Source of the DNA: a virus
IMG/VR virus record: IMGVR_UViG_3300031772_000002
Span: 32,001 to 96,000 of that record
Length of the DNA: 64,000 nt
Strand: one strand, 5' to 3'
Below are positions 20,873 through 28,937 of this stretch, in pieces; position 1 is the first letter of the stretch; each line of letters opens with the position of its first letter. A program made the translations under genes and the position numbers. Under the pieces are notes generated by a model, which was not told where the DNA came from, did no database searches, and was given only the letters and a program-made list of their open reading frames with translations.

Positions 20873-21085
20873 CTACTTTCCTAACTGTACACAATTTCCA
20901 TTTAAACACTGATTTTTTGATCCAAGTGCATAACCGCATTCGGAACAGCATTGCATACTTTTCTGGTTATATGATACAGAATGGGCGCCATATTTAGAGT
21001 ACTGTTGCGTAAATATCAAATAACCGCACCATACTCCAAAACCAAATATTGGAATTAATAACAGAAATAATATAATGAATATCAT
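20873..21085 (-). CDS. Cassette ORF: TM helix plus Cys-rich C-terminus
   Basis: GGAGG RBS; YNQKSMQCCSECG..C..C. Confidence 0.6.
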   Translation of the reverse strand: MIFIILFLLLIPIFGFGVWCGYLIFTQQYSKYGAHSVSYNQKSMQCCSECGYALGSKNQCLNGNCVQLGK

Positions 21086-21112
21086 ATGCAGCCTCCAAAG
21101 TTTTACATAATA

Positions 21113-21141
21113 AAAAAAAGAATGAATAAAAATTCATTCTT
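21113..21141 (-). terminator. Intrinsic terminator
   Basis: AAGAATGAAT/ATTCATTCTT stem plus T tract on minus strand. Confidence 0.5.
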
Positions 21142-21149
21142 ATAGGAAG

Positions 21150-21332
21150 CTATTGAATAAGACATGAGCTTCCGTTTTTTTTTAAAAACCAAAACGACAA
21201 TTTTCCCCCTAGAAAATTAAAATCCTTTGAAGAAAAATACTTTTTATTTATGGGGTTTATCTTCCCATAAATTAAAAAGGCTTTTTTAATTAACTTATTT
21301 TTTTTTTTATTAAAAATTATTGATTTTAACAT
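21150..21332 (-). CDS. Small basic hypothetical protein
   Basis: AAGGA RBS; behind promoter 21379-21407. Confidence 0.5.
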   Translation of the reverse strand: MLKSIIFNKKKNKLIKKAFLIYGKINPINKKYFSSKDFNFLGGKLSFWFLKKNGSSCLIQ

Positions 21333-21378
21333 AAAAAAATCCTTTTAATTGTTAATACTTAATTGTATTAACATAATA

Positions 21379-21407
21379 TTTATACCATAATTTTCATAAT
21401 AATAACG
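21379..21407 (-). promoter_or_regulatory. Conserved early-type promoter
   Basis: CGTTAT-N17-TATAAA with TGG extension. Confidence 0.6.
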
Positions 21408-21429
21408 TATATAATTGTTTCTATTTATT

Positions 21430-21792
21430 TTATAAATTTGATTTTGATTTTATATCCACAATCGTTGGTTCCATATTAGGTAACGGTTTCAGTTTAGGAA
21501 CTATTTTATTTTCATCAACTGTTACAATAGGAATGCCACTTTTTGGTTCAGACCATTTGCCTATTTTAAGTAACTCATTTTTCCAAACAGCTGAAACTTC
21601 GTCAGAGCAATGAGCAACCGCATCAGCCCATGTAACACCACGTCCATATGTTGATTGAAACCATATCTGATATGGTAATGATTGTGCATTATGTGGTTGT
21701 GTGGAATTGTGTAAAGTTGCACATACTTGGCAGGTCCCTGCTTTCGATGGTAACATAAACATTGGCATAAAGTTCCAATTCCTTTCTTTCAA
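21430..21792 (-). CDS. Phage hypothetical protein (CxxC..H..PHN..TWADA.AHC)
   Basis: Metal-binding-like motif pattern; start uncertain. Confidence 0.65.
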   Translation of the reverse strand: MKERNWNFMPMFMLPSKAGTCQVCATLHNSTQPHNAQSLPYQIWFQSTYGRGVTWADAVAHCSDEVSAVWKNELLKIGKWSEPKSGIPIVTVDENKIVPKLKPLPNMEPTIVDIKSKSNL

Positions 21793-21844
21793 AATATTAA
21801 AATTTTGTTTAAACTATTTGTGAAATTCTTGATATATATGATAC

Positions 21845-22078
21845 TTAACAACCATCTTTGTCATCTTTGTAACCATACAAAGACCACATTCCCATACACA
21901 TAACTCCTTTTTTAAGTTTATCGCATATAAATGTAGATCCAACGACAGGATCAATAACAATTCTTGAAGATTTAATAATTTTGTTAATTTGTAACGTATA
22001 GACATATAACTCGGCGGTACTGTTATCCTCTAATACGGTTACGTCCAAAATACAACCGTCTTCGTGATATTCAGCCAC
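21845..22078 (-). CDS. Hypothetical protein
   Basis: GTG start with AAGGA RBS. Confidence 0.5.
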   Translation of the reverse strand: MAEYHEDGCILDVTVLEDNSTAELYVYTLQINKIIKSSRIVIDPVVGSTFICDKLKKGVMCMGMWSLYGYKDDKDGC

Positions 22079-22181
22079 AAATTATTCCTTTCTTGTGAAG
22101 GTCTATCAAATTAGAATCTTATATAATAACTCCATAAAAAAAATTTATTTCTCCAAGCGTTTGCCAAATGGATGCCGTTGC

Positions 22182-22379
22182 TCACCGAAGCGGGATACGG
22201 CAATCAGGACAATTTTTCATCCACGGATACTCTATTGACAAATCCTGATGGTTCTTCGAGCAATGGCATTCCTTTGGCTGTTGCTGGCTGTGCTGCGCTG
22301 ACTCCTTAGTGTCGTGCGCGGCAGTATCTTCGATGATGCGTCTCAATATTTTTTTACACTGATCTTTCGTAACAAGCAT
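22182..22379 (-). CDS. Cassette ORF with C-terminal CxC..CxxC
   Basis: GAGGA RBS; QQQPKECHC..CPDC lies in site 22152-22286. Confidence 0.6.
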   Translation of the reverse strand: MLVTKDQCKKILRRIIEDTAAHDTKESAQHSQQQPKECHCSKNHQDLSIEYPWMKNCPDCRIPLR

Positions 22380-22436
22380 ACATCCTCATTTTCTTGCCAC
22401 GCCTATAAATGGTTCGGCGTAGCATTGACAGCAACT

Positions 22437-22820
22437 TTATAAATGGTGCTGTTGTAGACAAGTAATAGCTGCTTTGATATGATTAACTGCGTTATCTACT
22501 TGTAAACAGCGCAAATAAGCCAATGCATCGTTTAGGTCTGCAATGGCATCCATTTGTGTTTGGTTGGTGGGTTTAAATTTTTCTTCCACTAGTAATTCCA
22601 ACAATCTCTTTTGTCCAGGAGTTACATTTATTTTATTATCTATTGCCCATCTACTAATAATTTCATATATTTTAATATGTAATTGTTGTAAGATAGATTG
22701 ACAATTTCCATCGAGACTGCGTTGAGTCTCGATGTCATACCGATATCCACACTCATCACACAATTCCCACATATCATTCCATAAATGATCTATCTCTTTT
22801 TGACAATTTCTGCATTTCAT
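22437..22820 (-). CDS. Cassette ORF, N-terminal zinc ribbon
   Basis: ATGA overlap at 22817-22820; CRNC..CDECG; PTNQTQMDAI at site arm. Confidence 0.6.
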   Translation of the reverse strand: MKCRNCQKEIDHLWNDMWELCDECGYRYDIETQRSLDGNCQSILQQLHIKIYEIISRWAIDNKINVTPGQKRLLELLVEEKFKPTNQTQMDAIADLNDALAYLRCLQVDNAVNHIKAAITCLQQHHL

Positions 22821-23278
22821 AATAAATTTCCAATCTTTTTTTTGGAACGAAACCAAGGTATTTTTTTATCTTGTGGATTGTCAGATGAGGAACTACCAGT
22901 TATAATTTTCGGATGTTTGCGATATACCTTATAACCAAGACTATTACATTTTGATACAGACAAACCTATCAAATTTACAACTGCGTCAACACCAAATTCT
23001 TTCGATACAACTATATCTCCACTAATGCATTTTCCTTTCTTAACAAGTTTCATTTCTTTTCTCAATCTCAAATCGAACCTCCTATAAAATTTATTTTTAC
23101 CGTTCGTTTTTTCTTCTACGCCACACCTTGCGTATTCTATTTTTATTAATTTAATCACACCAGAAAAAACTTCATCGTTACATTCATTTTCTACAAATGC
23201 AACTATTTCTTTTTTTGATTTACCTTTTAGTAACGTTTCTTTGTCTGTGTCAAATTCAAATGTAATCCATAATTTCAT
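22817..23278 (-). CDS. Hypothetical protein
   Basis: ATG 23278 after GGAAAAG. Confidence 0.55.
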   Translation of the reverse strand: MKLWITFEFDTDKETLLKGKSKKEIVAFVENECNDEVFSGVIKLIKIEYARCGVEEKTNGKNKFYRRFDLRLRKEMKLVKKGKCISGDIVVSKEFGVDAVVNLIGLSVSKCNSLGYKVYRKHPKIITGSSSSDNPQDKKIPWFRSKKKIGNLL

Positions 23279-23356
23279 ATTTTCTTTTCCAGCACGGATG
23301 ATGTTTATTAGAATAAAGAAGGCTCCCACACAACGTTTGACAAATGTATGCCGAGC

Positions 23357-23572
23357 CTACCCGTAAACCTCAGAATGCGACTTACCGCAACGAATACACG
23401 AACCGCTATTAAGATCGAACTGGTGCTGACATGGTATACTTTGTTTGTTGGTGGATATAAATTTTTCCACCTCAGCTTTCAGTTTTCCGTACTTCGCTAC
23501 GACATCGGCGTGTACGGATTCTGGTAACTCCAACGCAAGGCATCTAACTACCTTATCAAATTCGGCAAACAT
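23357..23572 (-). CDS. Cassette ORF with C-terminal C-x-H..CxxC
   Basis: GGAGG RBS; STNKQSIPC at site arm. Confidence 0.65.
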   Translation of the reverse strand: MFAEFDKVVRCLALELPESVHADVVAKYGKLKAEVEKFISTNKQSIPCQHQFDLNSGSCIRCGKSHSEVYG

Positions 23573-23625
23573 ATAACCTCCAGAGAAAACGGTTTTTCGC
23601 ACAACGTTTGACAAATACACGCTGT

Positions 23626-23817
23626 TTAGTCACGATGATTAGACATACAATCGACACAATAATGATACTCTGCTATTTCATCACAATCGTCGCACTTAAT
23701 AGATGGCGTACTTTGTTTGCTTAAGATGTAATTCCACGCTTCTAATGCAACGCCACGACCGTAACTTTGATTTTTGCCATACTTATCGTTAAACCACTGC
23801 TCGAAATTTTCTGCCAT
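23626..23817 (-). CDS. Cassette ORF with C-terminal CxxC..CxxC
   Basis: FEQWF..AW N-module; SKQSTP at site arm. Confidence 0.65.
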   Translation of the reverse strand: MAENFEQWFNDKYGKNQSYGRGVALEAWNYILSKQSTPSIKCDDCDEIAEYHYCVDCMSNHRD

Positions 23818-23847
23818 ATATACAACCTTTCTATATAGTTCCTTAAT

Positions 23848-24108
23848 TTATTTTTTTTTGTTTGTATTAAAGAATTTTATTTTCTCTTCTTTCTTCTCCC
23901 ACACTTTACAATTTCTATAAATACCTGAATTGTCAGAATATCTTATTATTTTTCGTTTTTTGATAATGATATAATCTGTTACACACGCAGGTAAAGATAT
24001 TAATTTAGGCAAAGGAAATTTACACTCTCCATTACATCTCGAATGTTCACCTATTGAAAAAGGAGTCCAATCCGGTTCGTATTTGCACGTTAAACATATT
24101 TTATACAT
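23848..24108 (-). CDS. Hypothetical Cys-rich protein
   Basis: CLTCKY..GEC..C..W. Confidence 0.6.
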   Translation of the reverse strand: MYKICLTCKYEPDWTPFSIGEHSRCNGECKFPLPKLISLPACVTDYIIIKKRKIIRYSDNSGIYRNCKVWEKKEEKIKFFNTNKKK

Positions 24109-24121
24109 TTTGATATCCTAT

Positions 24122-24478
24122 TTAAATTTTAATAATGTTATTTACTAAAATTTTTTTTAAAAATTTATTAATTATATCTTGATTTACTTTTTCATATTTA
24201 AAGAGATCATATAAATTAGTAGATTCACTGTTTGCAGTTGTTCTTAACTTTATTCCTTCTTTTCCTTTTATCCAATATCTACAGAAATATCCTGAATATG
24301 ATTTTGAAGTTATAAAGCCATATTCAATATACGAATCTTCTATTATATTAAATTCATCTATTGCATGGCCAGGAACATATGCAATTTGATATCCTGTTTC
24401 AATTTTTGAAAGTTGCTCTTGACTTAAACTACTTAATTTTTGCATTTGCATAACATTCATAAAAACTCCAATTTTCAT
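24122..24478 (-). CDS. Hypothetical protein
   Basis: YVPGHA..EYGFIT..FCRYW..LRTTANSE. Confidence 0.65.
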   Translation of the reverse strand: MKIGVFMNVMQMQKLSSLSQEQLSKIETGYQIAYVPGHAIDEFNIIEDSYIEYGFITSKSYSGYFCRYWIKGKEGIKLRTTANSESTNLYDLFKYEKVNQDIINKFLKKILVNNIIKI

Positions 24479-24647
24479 CCGTTCATTATAATTTAAAAAG
24501 CATAATAATTTTGTACAATGTGTGATAAATGTACTGTCGTTTTAATTTAATATCTCTTACTTTCCAATAATTTTGAATTCCAAAAAATACCTTAGTGTAA
24601 TCCGCATTGCATAACGCCGGTGTTGTGCGCTGATTTTCGCGCTTTCC

Positions 24648-24905
24648 TTAGTGTACTCCCGGCGCTCTTTCTGTTTCATCCTCCATGAAATCAAACTGAC
24701 CCATTGCTACCTTTGCCCGTTTGTACGCATCGAAACATCCGCCATAAATTCCATCTTCTTCCGCACCCCATGATTCGATACCACGGAGTAGTCCGCTTAT
24801 AATTTCCATTAATTCCGTGACCGGCATATATGCCTCGCATTTCCGATGATGCGATAACAACGGCAATCGTCCATCGCTCGCCCAATTTTTGCATTCGCAT
24901 TCCAT
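24648..24905 (-). CDS. Cassette ORF, hypothetical
   Basis: GC-rich; flanked by complementary cassette ends. Confidence 0.65.
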   Translation of the reverse strand: MECECKNWASDGRLPLLSHHRKCEAYMPVTELMEIISGLLRGIESWGAEEDGIYGGCFDAYKRAKVAMGQFDFMEDETERAPGVH

Positions 24906-24988
24906 GTTTTTTCTCTTTCTTGCGCCGGGCTATAATAGTTCTTCAGCGCGAAAATTTGCGTACAACGTATAACAAATGTACGCCGTGT

Positions 24989-25195
24989 CTACCGCTTAGG
25001 AAAACAAGTCCACGCACGAGTATAAATTGTGTCATGAATGTAAACAGTATCTGGACACGAACATGGCGTACTTTTTTTGTTGTAAGATGTGTTTTTAATT
25101 ACCTTAATGTCAGAGGCAATATCACGGATGTTTATTATCGCAGTGATACTTCCAATAAGCAAAAAGATAAATAACAAAACCGAACCTGCTCTCAT
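24989..25195 (-). CDS. Cassette ORF with N-terminal signal/TM helix
   Basis: YNKKSTPC at arm of site 24960-25085. Confidence 0.6.
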   Translation of the reverse strand: MRAGSVLLFIFLLIGSITAIINIRDIASDIKVIKNTSYNKKSTPCSCPDTVYIHDTIYTRAWTCFPKR

Positions 25196-25210
25196 ATTGC
25201 CGCCTATAAA

Positions 25211-25414
25211 TTAAAGATTTAAAACATTACTTTCTGCGGGCGCACTCTTTCTTATTGCTAAATATTCCATTAAACACCGTCTGATTGTTAACGAATATAC
25301 TGCCAACGATGGTAGTTTTATCAAATCATTTTTCATAAAATTTGTTATTGCACCAATTGATTCCTGTATATCTTCAATGGTGGTAATTTCACCAGATTTG
25401 TCTATTATATTCAT
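25211..25414 (-). CDS. Hypothetical protein
   Basis: AAGGA RBS. Confidence 0.6.
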   Translation of the reverse strand: MNIIDKSGEITTIEDIQESIGAITNFMKNDLIKLPSLAVYSLTIRRCLMEYLAIRKSAPAESNVLNL

Positions 25415-25468
25415 TTTCCTTTCCTTTCTTATGTCCGCTTATAAATAAGTTTTGCGAGTGCAAATGGT

Positions 25469-25798
25469 TTACAACGGTTTATAAACGTCTGATAGTTCGC
25501 GCAGTTCGTTGACGGCATTATCTACCGCCATAGGATCAGCGGTACGATACGAAATTTCAAGTCCATCTGCAATAGCGCGAATTTTGGCTTGCAGTTGTTG
25601 TACGTCTGTAAGCTTTTTTACATTAGCGTACCGTTCGCACTCTTCATTAAGAGCACGAGTGTTAGGCTCATCTTCTCTATAAGGACAATTTTTGTCTTCA
25701 CCGTCACAGTCGTCTCTATCAATAGCACATACTGTTTTTGATTTACTTTTTACTTCTACAATTTTAACTAAAATAGTCTCTATTTTTTTGCAAGTCAT
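25469..25798 (-). CDS. Cassette ORF, hypothetical
   Basis: VQQLQAKI at site arm; stop codon inside the distal GTTGTAA box. Confidence 0.6.
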   Translation of the reverse strand: MTCKKIETILVKIVEVKSKSKTVCAIDRDDCDGEDKNCPYREDEPNTRALNEECERYANVKKLTDVQQLQAKIRAIADGLEISYRTADPMAVDNAVNELRELSDVYKPL

Positions 25799-25840
25799 AT
25801 TAATATCCTTAATTGTTTACAAATTAATAACATAAATAAA

Positions 25841-25868
25841 AGGTTCGTGTATATAAACACACGAACCT
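25841..25868 (-). terminator. Hairpin/terminator
   Basis: AGGTTCGTGT-8nt-ACACGAACCT. Confidence 0.55.
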
Positions 25869-25904
25869 ATTATTAATTATATAATTATTTTTTTTTAAAT
25901 TTAA

Positions 25905-26513
25905 TTAAATATTTCTCCACTTATTATCAATATATTGGAACAACTGCCTATCATTATAAGTAATGATAGGGGCTCCTTTTACTATTCTAACTAACTTATA
26001 AGTTTTATCGATTGGCATCAAATACATACCTCCGACAATACTTGCCTTAGCAGTTTCACAATTCTCAAAGAAATTAATAATTTCTTTACTCATATACCCA
26101 GATCCTTTAGTGATTTCAATCATAACAGAAAATCCAGATACTTCCCATTTATCAATTTCTTTTTTTTGTTTATTATATTTCATTATATACCCCTCTTCTT
26201 GGGAGCCGTCTCTTTCACTAAATCTTATAGTTGACGGTCTTGCAATACCCCCTTCCAATTCTTCATCAATTCGTGCATCTTGAATTTCATTGTTATTAAA
26301 TCCTGGTTTACCAGAATTTTTTAATATAGGAGTTTTAACAAATATAGGATTATTAGACTCTTTACTATCATCCTTTTCATTCTCTGTATAGGCAGGATAT
26401 TCAATAGCTTCATTAGTATTAATTTCTAAATTATTATTATTTTCTTCATTAACCAAATTTAACATTGGGTTGTTTTCTTCTAAAACACTATCTTCATTTA
26501 AATTTTCATTCAT
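25905..26513 (-). CDS. Hypothetical protein, acidic N-terminus
   Basis: AGGAG RBS. Confidence 0.7.
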   Translation of the reverse strand: MNENLNEDSVLEENNPMLNLVNEENNNNLEINTNEAIEYPAYTENEKDDSKESNNPIFVKTPILKNSGKPGFNNNEIQDARIDEELEGGIARPSTIRFSERDGSQEEGYIMKYNKQKKEIDKWEVSGFSVMIEITKGSGYMSKEIINFFENCETAKASIVGGMYLMPIDKTYKLVRIVKGAPIITYNDRQLFQYIDNKWRNI

Positions 26514-26871
26514 GAGATTTCAACTCCTTATAAATTGTTTCAAAAATATCGTCTATTACATCCTTTATTATTTCTTTTTTAATAATTATAAAAATAGGAT
26601 AATCAAGATTTAAAACCATAGTTGGATCTATCAATCCAATATCACATTCATTTCCTAAATATTTATTAAGAAAAAATATCATATTTTGTATTGTAATATC
26701 GTTAACAGCTATATGATATTCTCCTTTTAAAACATTATTTATATAAACTTTTCTAACTGTAAATTGACTATAATAAGAATATCCATAAGTAATATTTTCA
26801 GGTATTATATTTAAAGTAATGTTTTTTAATTTATCATTTAGTTGAAGATTATCATTTTGATCGCTTTCCAT
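26506..26871 (-). CDS. Hypothetical protein
   Basis: GGAGG RBS. Confidence 0.65.
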   Translation of the reverse strand: MESDQNDNLQLNDKLKNITLNIIPENITYGYSYYSQFTVRKVYINNVLKGEYHIAVNDITIQNMIFFLNKYLGNECDIGLIDPTMVLNLDYPIFIIIKKEIIKDVIDDIFETIYKELKSHE

Positions 26872-27046
26872 TACTCACCTCCAATTTAATATTAAACATT
26901 GCAGGAGATTTGTTATAAGTTTTTATAAATAACTCTAACATTTCCTGCATTGTTTTTCTATGGTTTTTCTTAACTATTTTTTTAAATTTGTCCCTATCGA
27001 TTCTTGATAGTTTCAAATTTAATATTACTATATCTATTTTTTTCAT
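26852..27046 (-). CDS. Small basic ribbon-helix-helix-like DNA-binding protein
   Basis: LNLKL..RDKFKK..TMQEML..FI..Y pattern. Confidence 0.45.
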   Translation of the reverse strand: MKKIDIVILNLKLSRIDRDKFKKIVKKNHRKTMQEMLELFIKTYNKSPAMFNIKLEVSNGKRSK

Positions 27047-27141
27047 AATATATATAATATAATATAAAATATAATAAAATATATGATATAAATTTAAAAA
27101 AAATAAGAAATTATTACAAATATATATAAACTTCTATTTTT

Positions 27142-27423
27142 TTATTCTTTTTTTTTGAATTCTTTGATAGTGTTAGTATTTTCCACTATGCTAATTGCAA
27201 TTATGTTTAATGTGGAATTAATTCTTTCTAAATTAGAATTTAAATTATTAAAACATTTTATTATACTATCCATATTATTTCCAATAGTATCATTAATATT
27301 ATTCATAGTTTCGCCAACGTCATGAAATGAATTATTAATATCATTAATGTGTTCTGTCGTTATTTCAATGTTTTCAAATAAATTAATGGCAGAATCAATA
27401 ATATCATTTATTCCTTCTATCAT
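27142..27423 (-). CDS. Coiled-coil hypothetical protein
   Basis: AAGGAG RBS; heptad pattern. Confidence 0.6.
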   Translation of the reverse strand: MIEGINDIIDSAINLFENIEITTEHINDINNSFHDVGETMNNINDTIGNNMDSIIKCFNNLNSNLERINSTLNIIAISIVENTNTIKEFKKKE

Positions 27424-27443
27424 ACTTGCTCCTTTAAATAAAA

Positions 27444-27575
27444 TTATAATTCAATTTCTATATTATTAGAATTATTATTATTATTATTATTATTATTTAT
27501 TTTTTCTATTAATAATTCTAACTCTTCTGTCAATTCTTGTAATTCCAAAATATTAAATAAATCCTTTTCTTCCAT
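27444..27575 (-). CDS. 43-aa acidic peptide with (AAT)9 poly-Asn tract
   Basis: AGGAG RBS; MEEKDLFNIL..NNNNNNNNN; below ORF-track cutoff. Confidence 0.4.
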   Translation of the reverse strand: MEEKDLFNILELQELTEELELLIEKINNNNNNNNNSNNIEIEL

Positions 27576-27590
27576 TAATTAATTACTCCT

Positions 27591-27629
27591 TTGACATACT
27601 ACCCGCCCTGAAGGACGAGGTTTTACGGG
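27591..27629 (-). mobile_element. IS200/IS605-type end remnant (minimal PATE-like element)
   Basis: CCCGTAAAACCTCGTCCTTCAGGGCGGGTAGTATGTCAA: subterminal hairpin plus TCAA end. Confidence 0.6.
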
Positions 27630-28781
27630 CTATTGGATAATTTGATTATCAATTTTAGAATCTTTTATATATTTACAATTAACATCAAAATATTTAATTA
27701 TATGTTGTATAATTTTTTTAGAAGCGTCTCCATATCCATACATATTATTTATATAATTTAATTTATTATTATTAATATCATTTAGAGTTAAATATATTGC
27801 ATGAATTATTTGTTCAATATGATTGGGATTAACAATTTTATTCCAACCTAATTCAACAGTTTCAGTCCATTCTGTTTCTTCACGTAAAGTAACACAGGGT
27901 ACTTTATGAAAATAAGCTTCCTTTTGTATTCCCCCAGAATCAGTAATAATTAAATTTGCATTATTCTCAAGAGATATCATATCAAAAAATCCAACTGGTT
28001 CTATAATCAAAATATTTGACATAAGTGAGGTGTAATTAAAATGATAAATCATCTTGCTGGTACGAGGATGCATAGGTAAAATTATATTAATTTTTTTTGC
28101 AAGAGTATTTAAAATTGTAAATATATTAAATAATTTATCTTTATTGTCAACATTTTCAGCCCTATGTATTGTAGCAAGAATATAATTTTTACTTTTTATA
28201 TTTAGATCGGTTAATATTTTGCTTATTTTATTTGCTTTGTTAGTATATTTTAATGCTATATCATACATTACATCTCCAACATAAAAAACATTTTTATTAA
28301 TTTTTTCTTCTTCTAAATTATTAGAAGCTAAACTGGTAGGGGTAAAAAGTAATGTAGATAATTTATCAGTAATAATTCTATTTTTTTCTTCTAGCATTCT
28401 TATATTATAACTTCTTAAACCTGCTTCAATATGTGCTATTGGAATGTTTAATTGAGATGAGATTAAAGCACCAGCTAAAGTGGAATTAGTATCTCCATAT
28501 AATAATACTAAATCTGGTTTTTCTACACAAAGAATTTCTTCTATACCTATCATCATTTTTCCAATTTGATTTCCATATGATTTTTCAATAATATTAAGAT
28601 TATATTTTGGTTTAGGTATATTAAGTTCTTCAAAAAATAATTTAGACATATTTTCATTATAATGTTGACCAGTGTTTAATATTATTTCATTAAGTAAAGA
28701 TTCTTTTTTAATTTCTTCCGATATAATTGAAGCTTTTATAAACTGAGGTCTAGTTCCAATTATAGTAATAATTTTTTTCAT
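27630..28781 (-). CDS. wecB: UDP-N-acetylglucosamine 2-epimerase (non-hydrolysing)
   Basis: GTRPQFIK, NTGQHY, YGDTNSTLAG, HIEAGLRS, TIHRAEN, TDSGGIQKEA. Confidence 0.95.
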   Translation of the reverse strand: MKKIITIIGTRPQFIKASIISEEIKKESLLNEIILNTGQHYNENMSKLFFEELNIPKPKYNLNIIEKSYGNQIGKMMIGIEEILCVEKPDLVLLYGDTNSTLAGALISSQLNIPIAHIEAGLRSYNIRMLEEKNRIITDKLSTLLFTPTSLASNNLEEEKINKNVFYVGDVMYDIALKYTNKANKISKILTDLNIKSKNYILATIHRAENVDNKDKLFNIFTILNTLAKKINIILPMHPRTSKMIYHFNYTSLMSNILIIEPVGFFDMISLENNANLIITDSGGIQKEAYFHKVPCVTLREETEWTETVELGWNKIVNPNHIEQIIHAIYLTLNDINNNKLNYINNMYGYGDASKKIIQHIIKYFDVNCKYIKDSKIDNQIIQ

Positions 28782-28812
28782 TCAAATCCTTTCAATTAAT
28801 TAATTTAATAAT

Positions 28813-28854
28813 TAAAAAAAGACTTAATTATATAATTTAATTAAATCTTTTTTT
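28813..28854. terminator. AT-rich hairpin terminator
   Basis: A-tract-GACTTAATT..AATTAAATC-T-tract. Confidence 0.45.
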
Positions 28855-28934
28855 GACATACCCCCCGTCCTGAAGAACGAGGATTCCTGAGACTTATCGA
28901 GTCCCGCAGCCAATATATTATTTGCAGCATTTAT
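28853..28934 (-). mobile_element. 3' remnant of tnpB with IS200/IS605 right end (omega/reRNA region)
   Basis: Translates INAANNILAAG (TnpB C-terminal NAA.NI motif), then GGAATCCTCGTTCTTCAGGACGGGGGGTATGTCAA. Confidence 0.7.
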
Positions 28935-28937
28935 ATA

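Larger units (their letters stand above)
20137..25603 (-). mobile_element. Array of attC-like sites/gene cassettes without a local integrase (CALIN-like)
   Basis: Imperfect 88-175-bp inverted repeats bounded by ..AAC / GTT.. boxes (some degenerate) at about 20137-20277, 20539-20626, 20847-20973, 22152-22286, 22395-22571, 23328-23453, 23599-23725, 24609-24628 (mini), 24960-25085, 25469-25603; locally higher GC. Confidence 0.65.

Noticed and set aside
20083-25603. CRISPR array suggested by recurring ACAACG motifs
   Set aside because: Repeats are degenerate, hundreds of bp apart and separated by ORFs; no cas genes; the pattern fits attC-like hairpins better.
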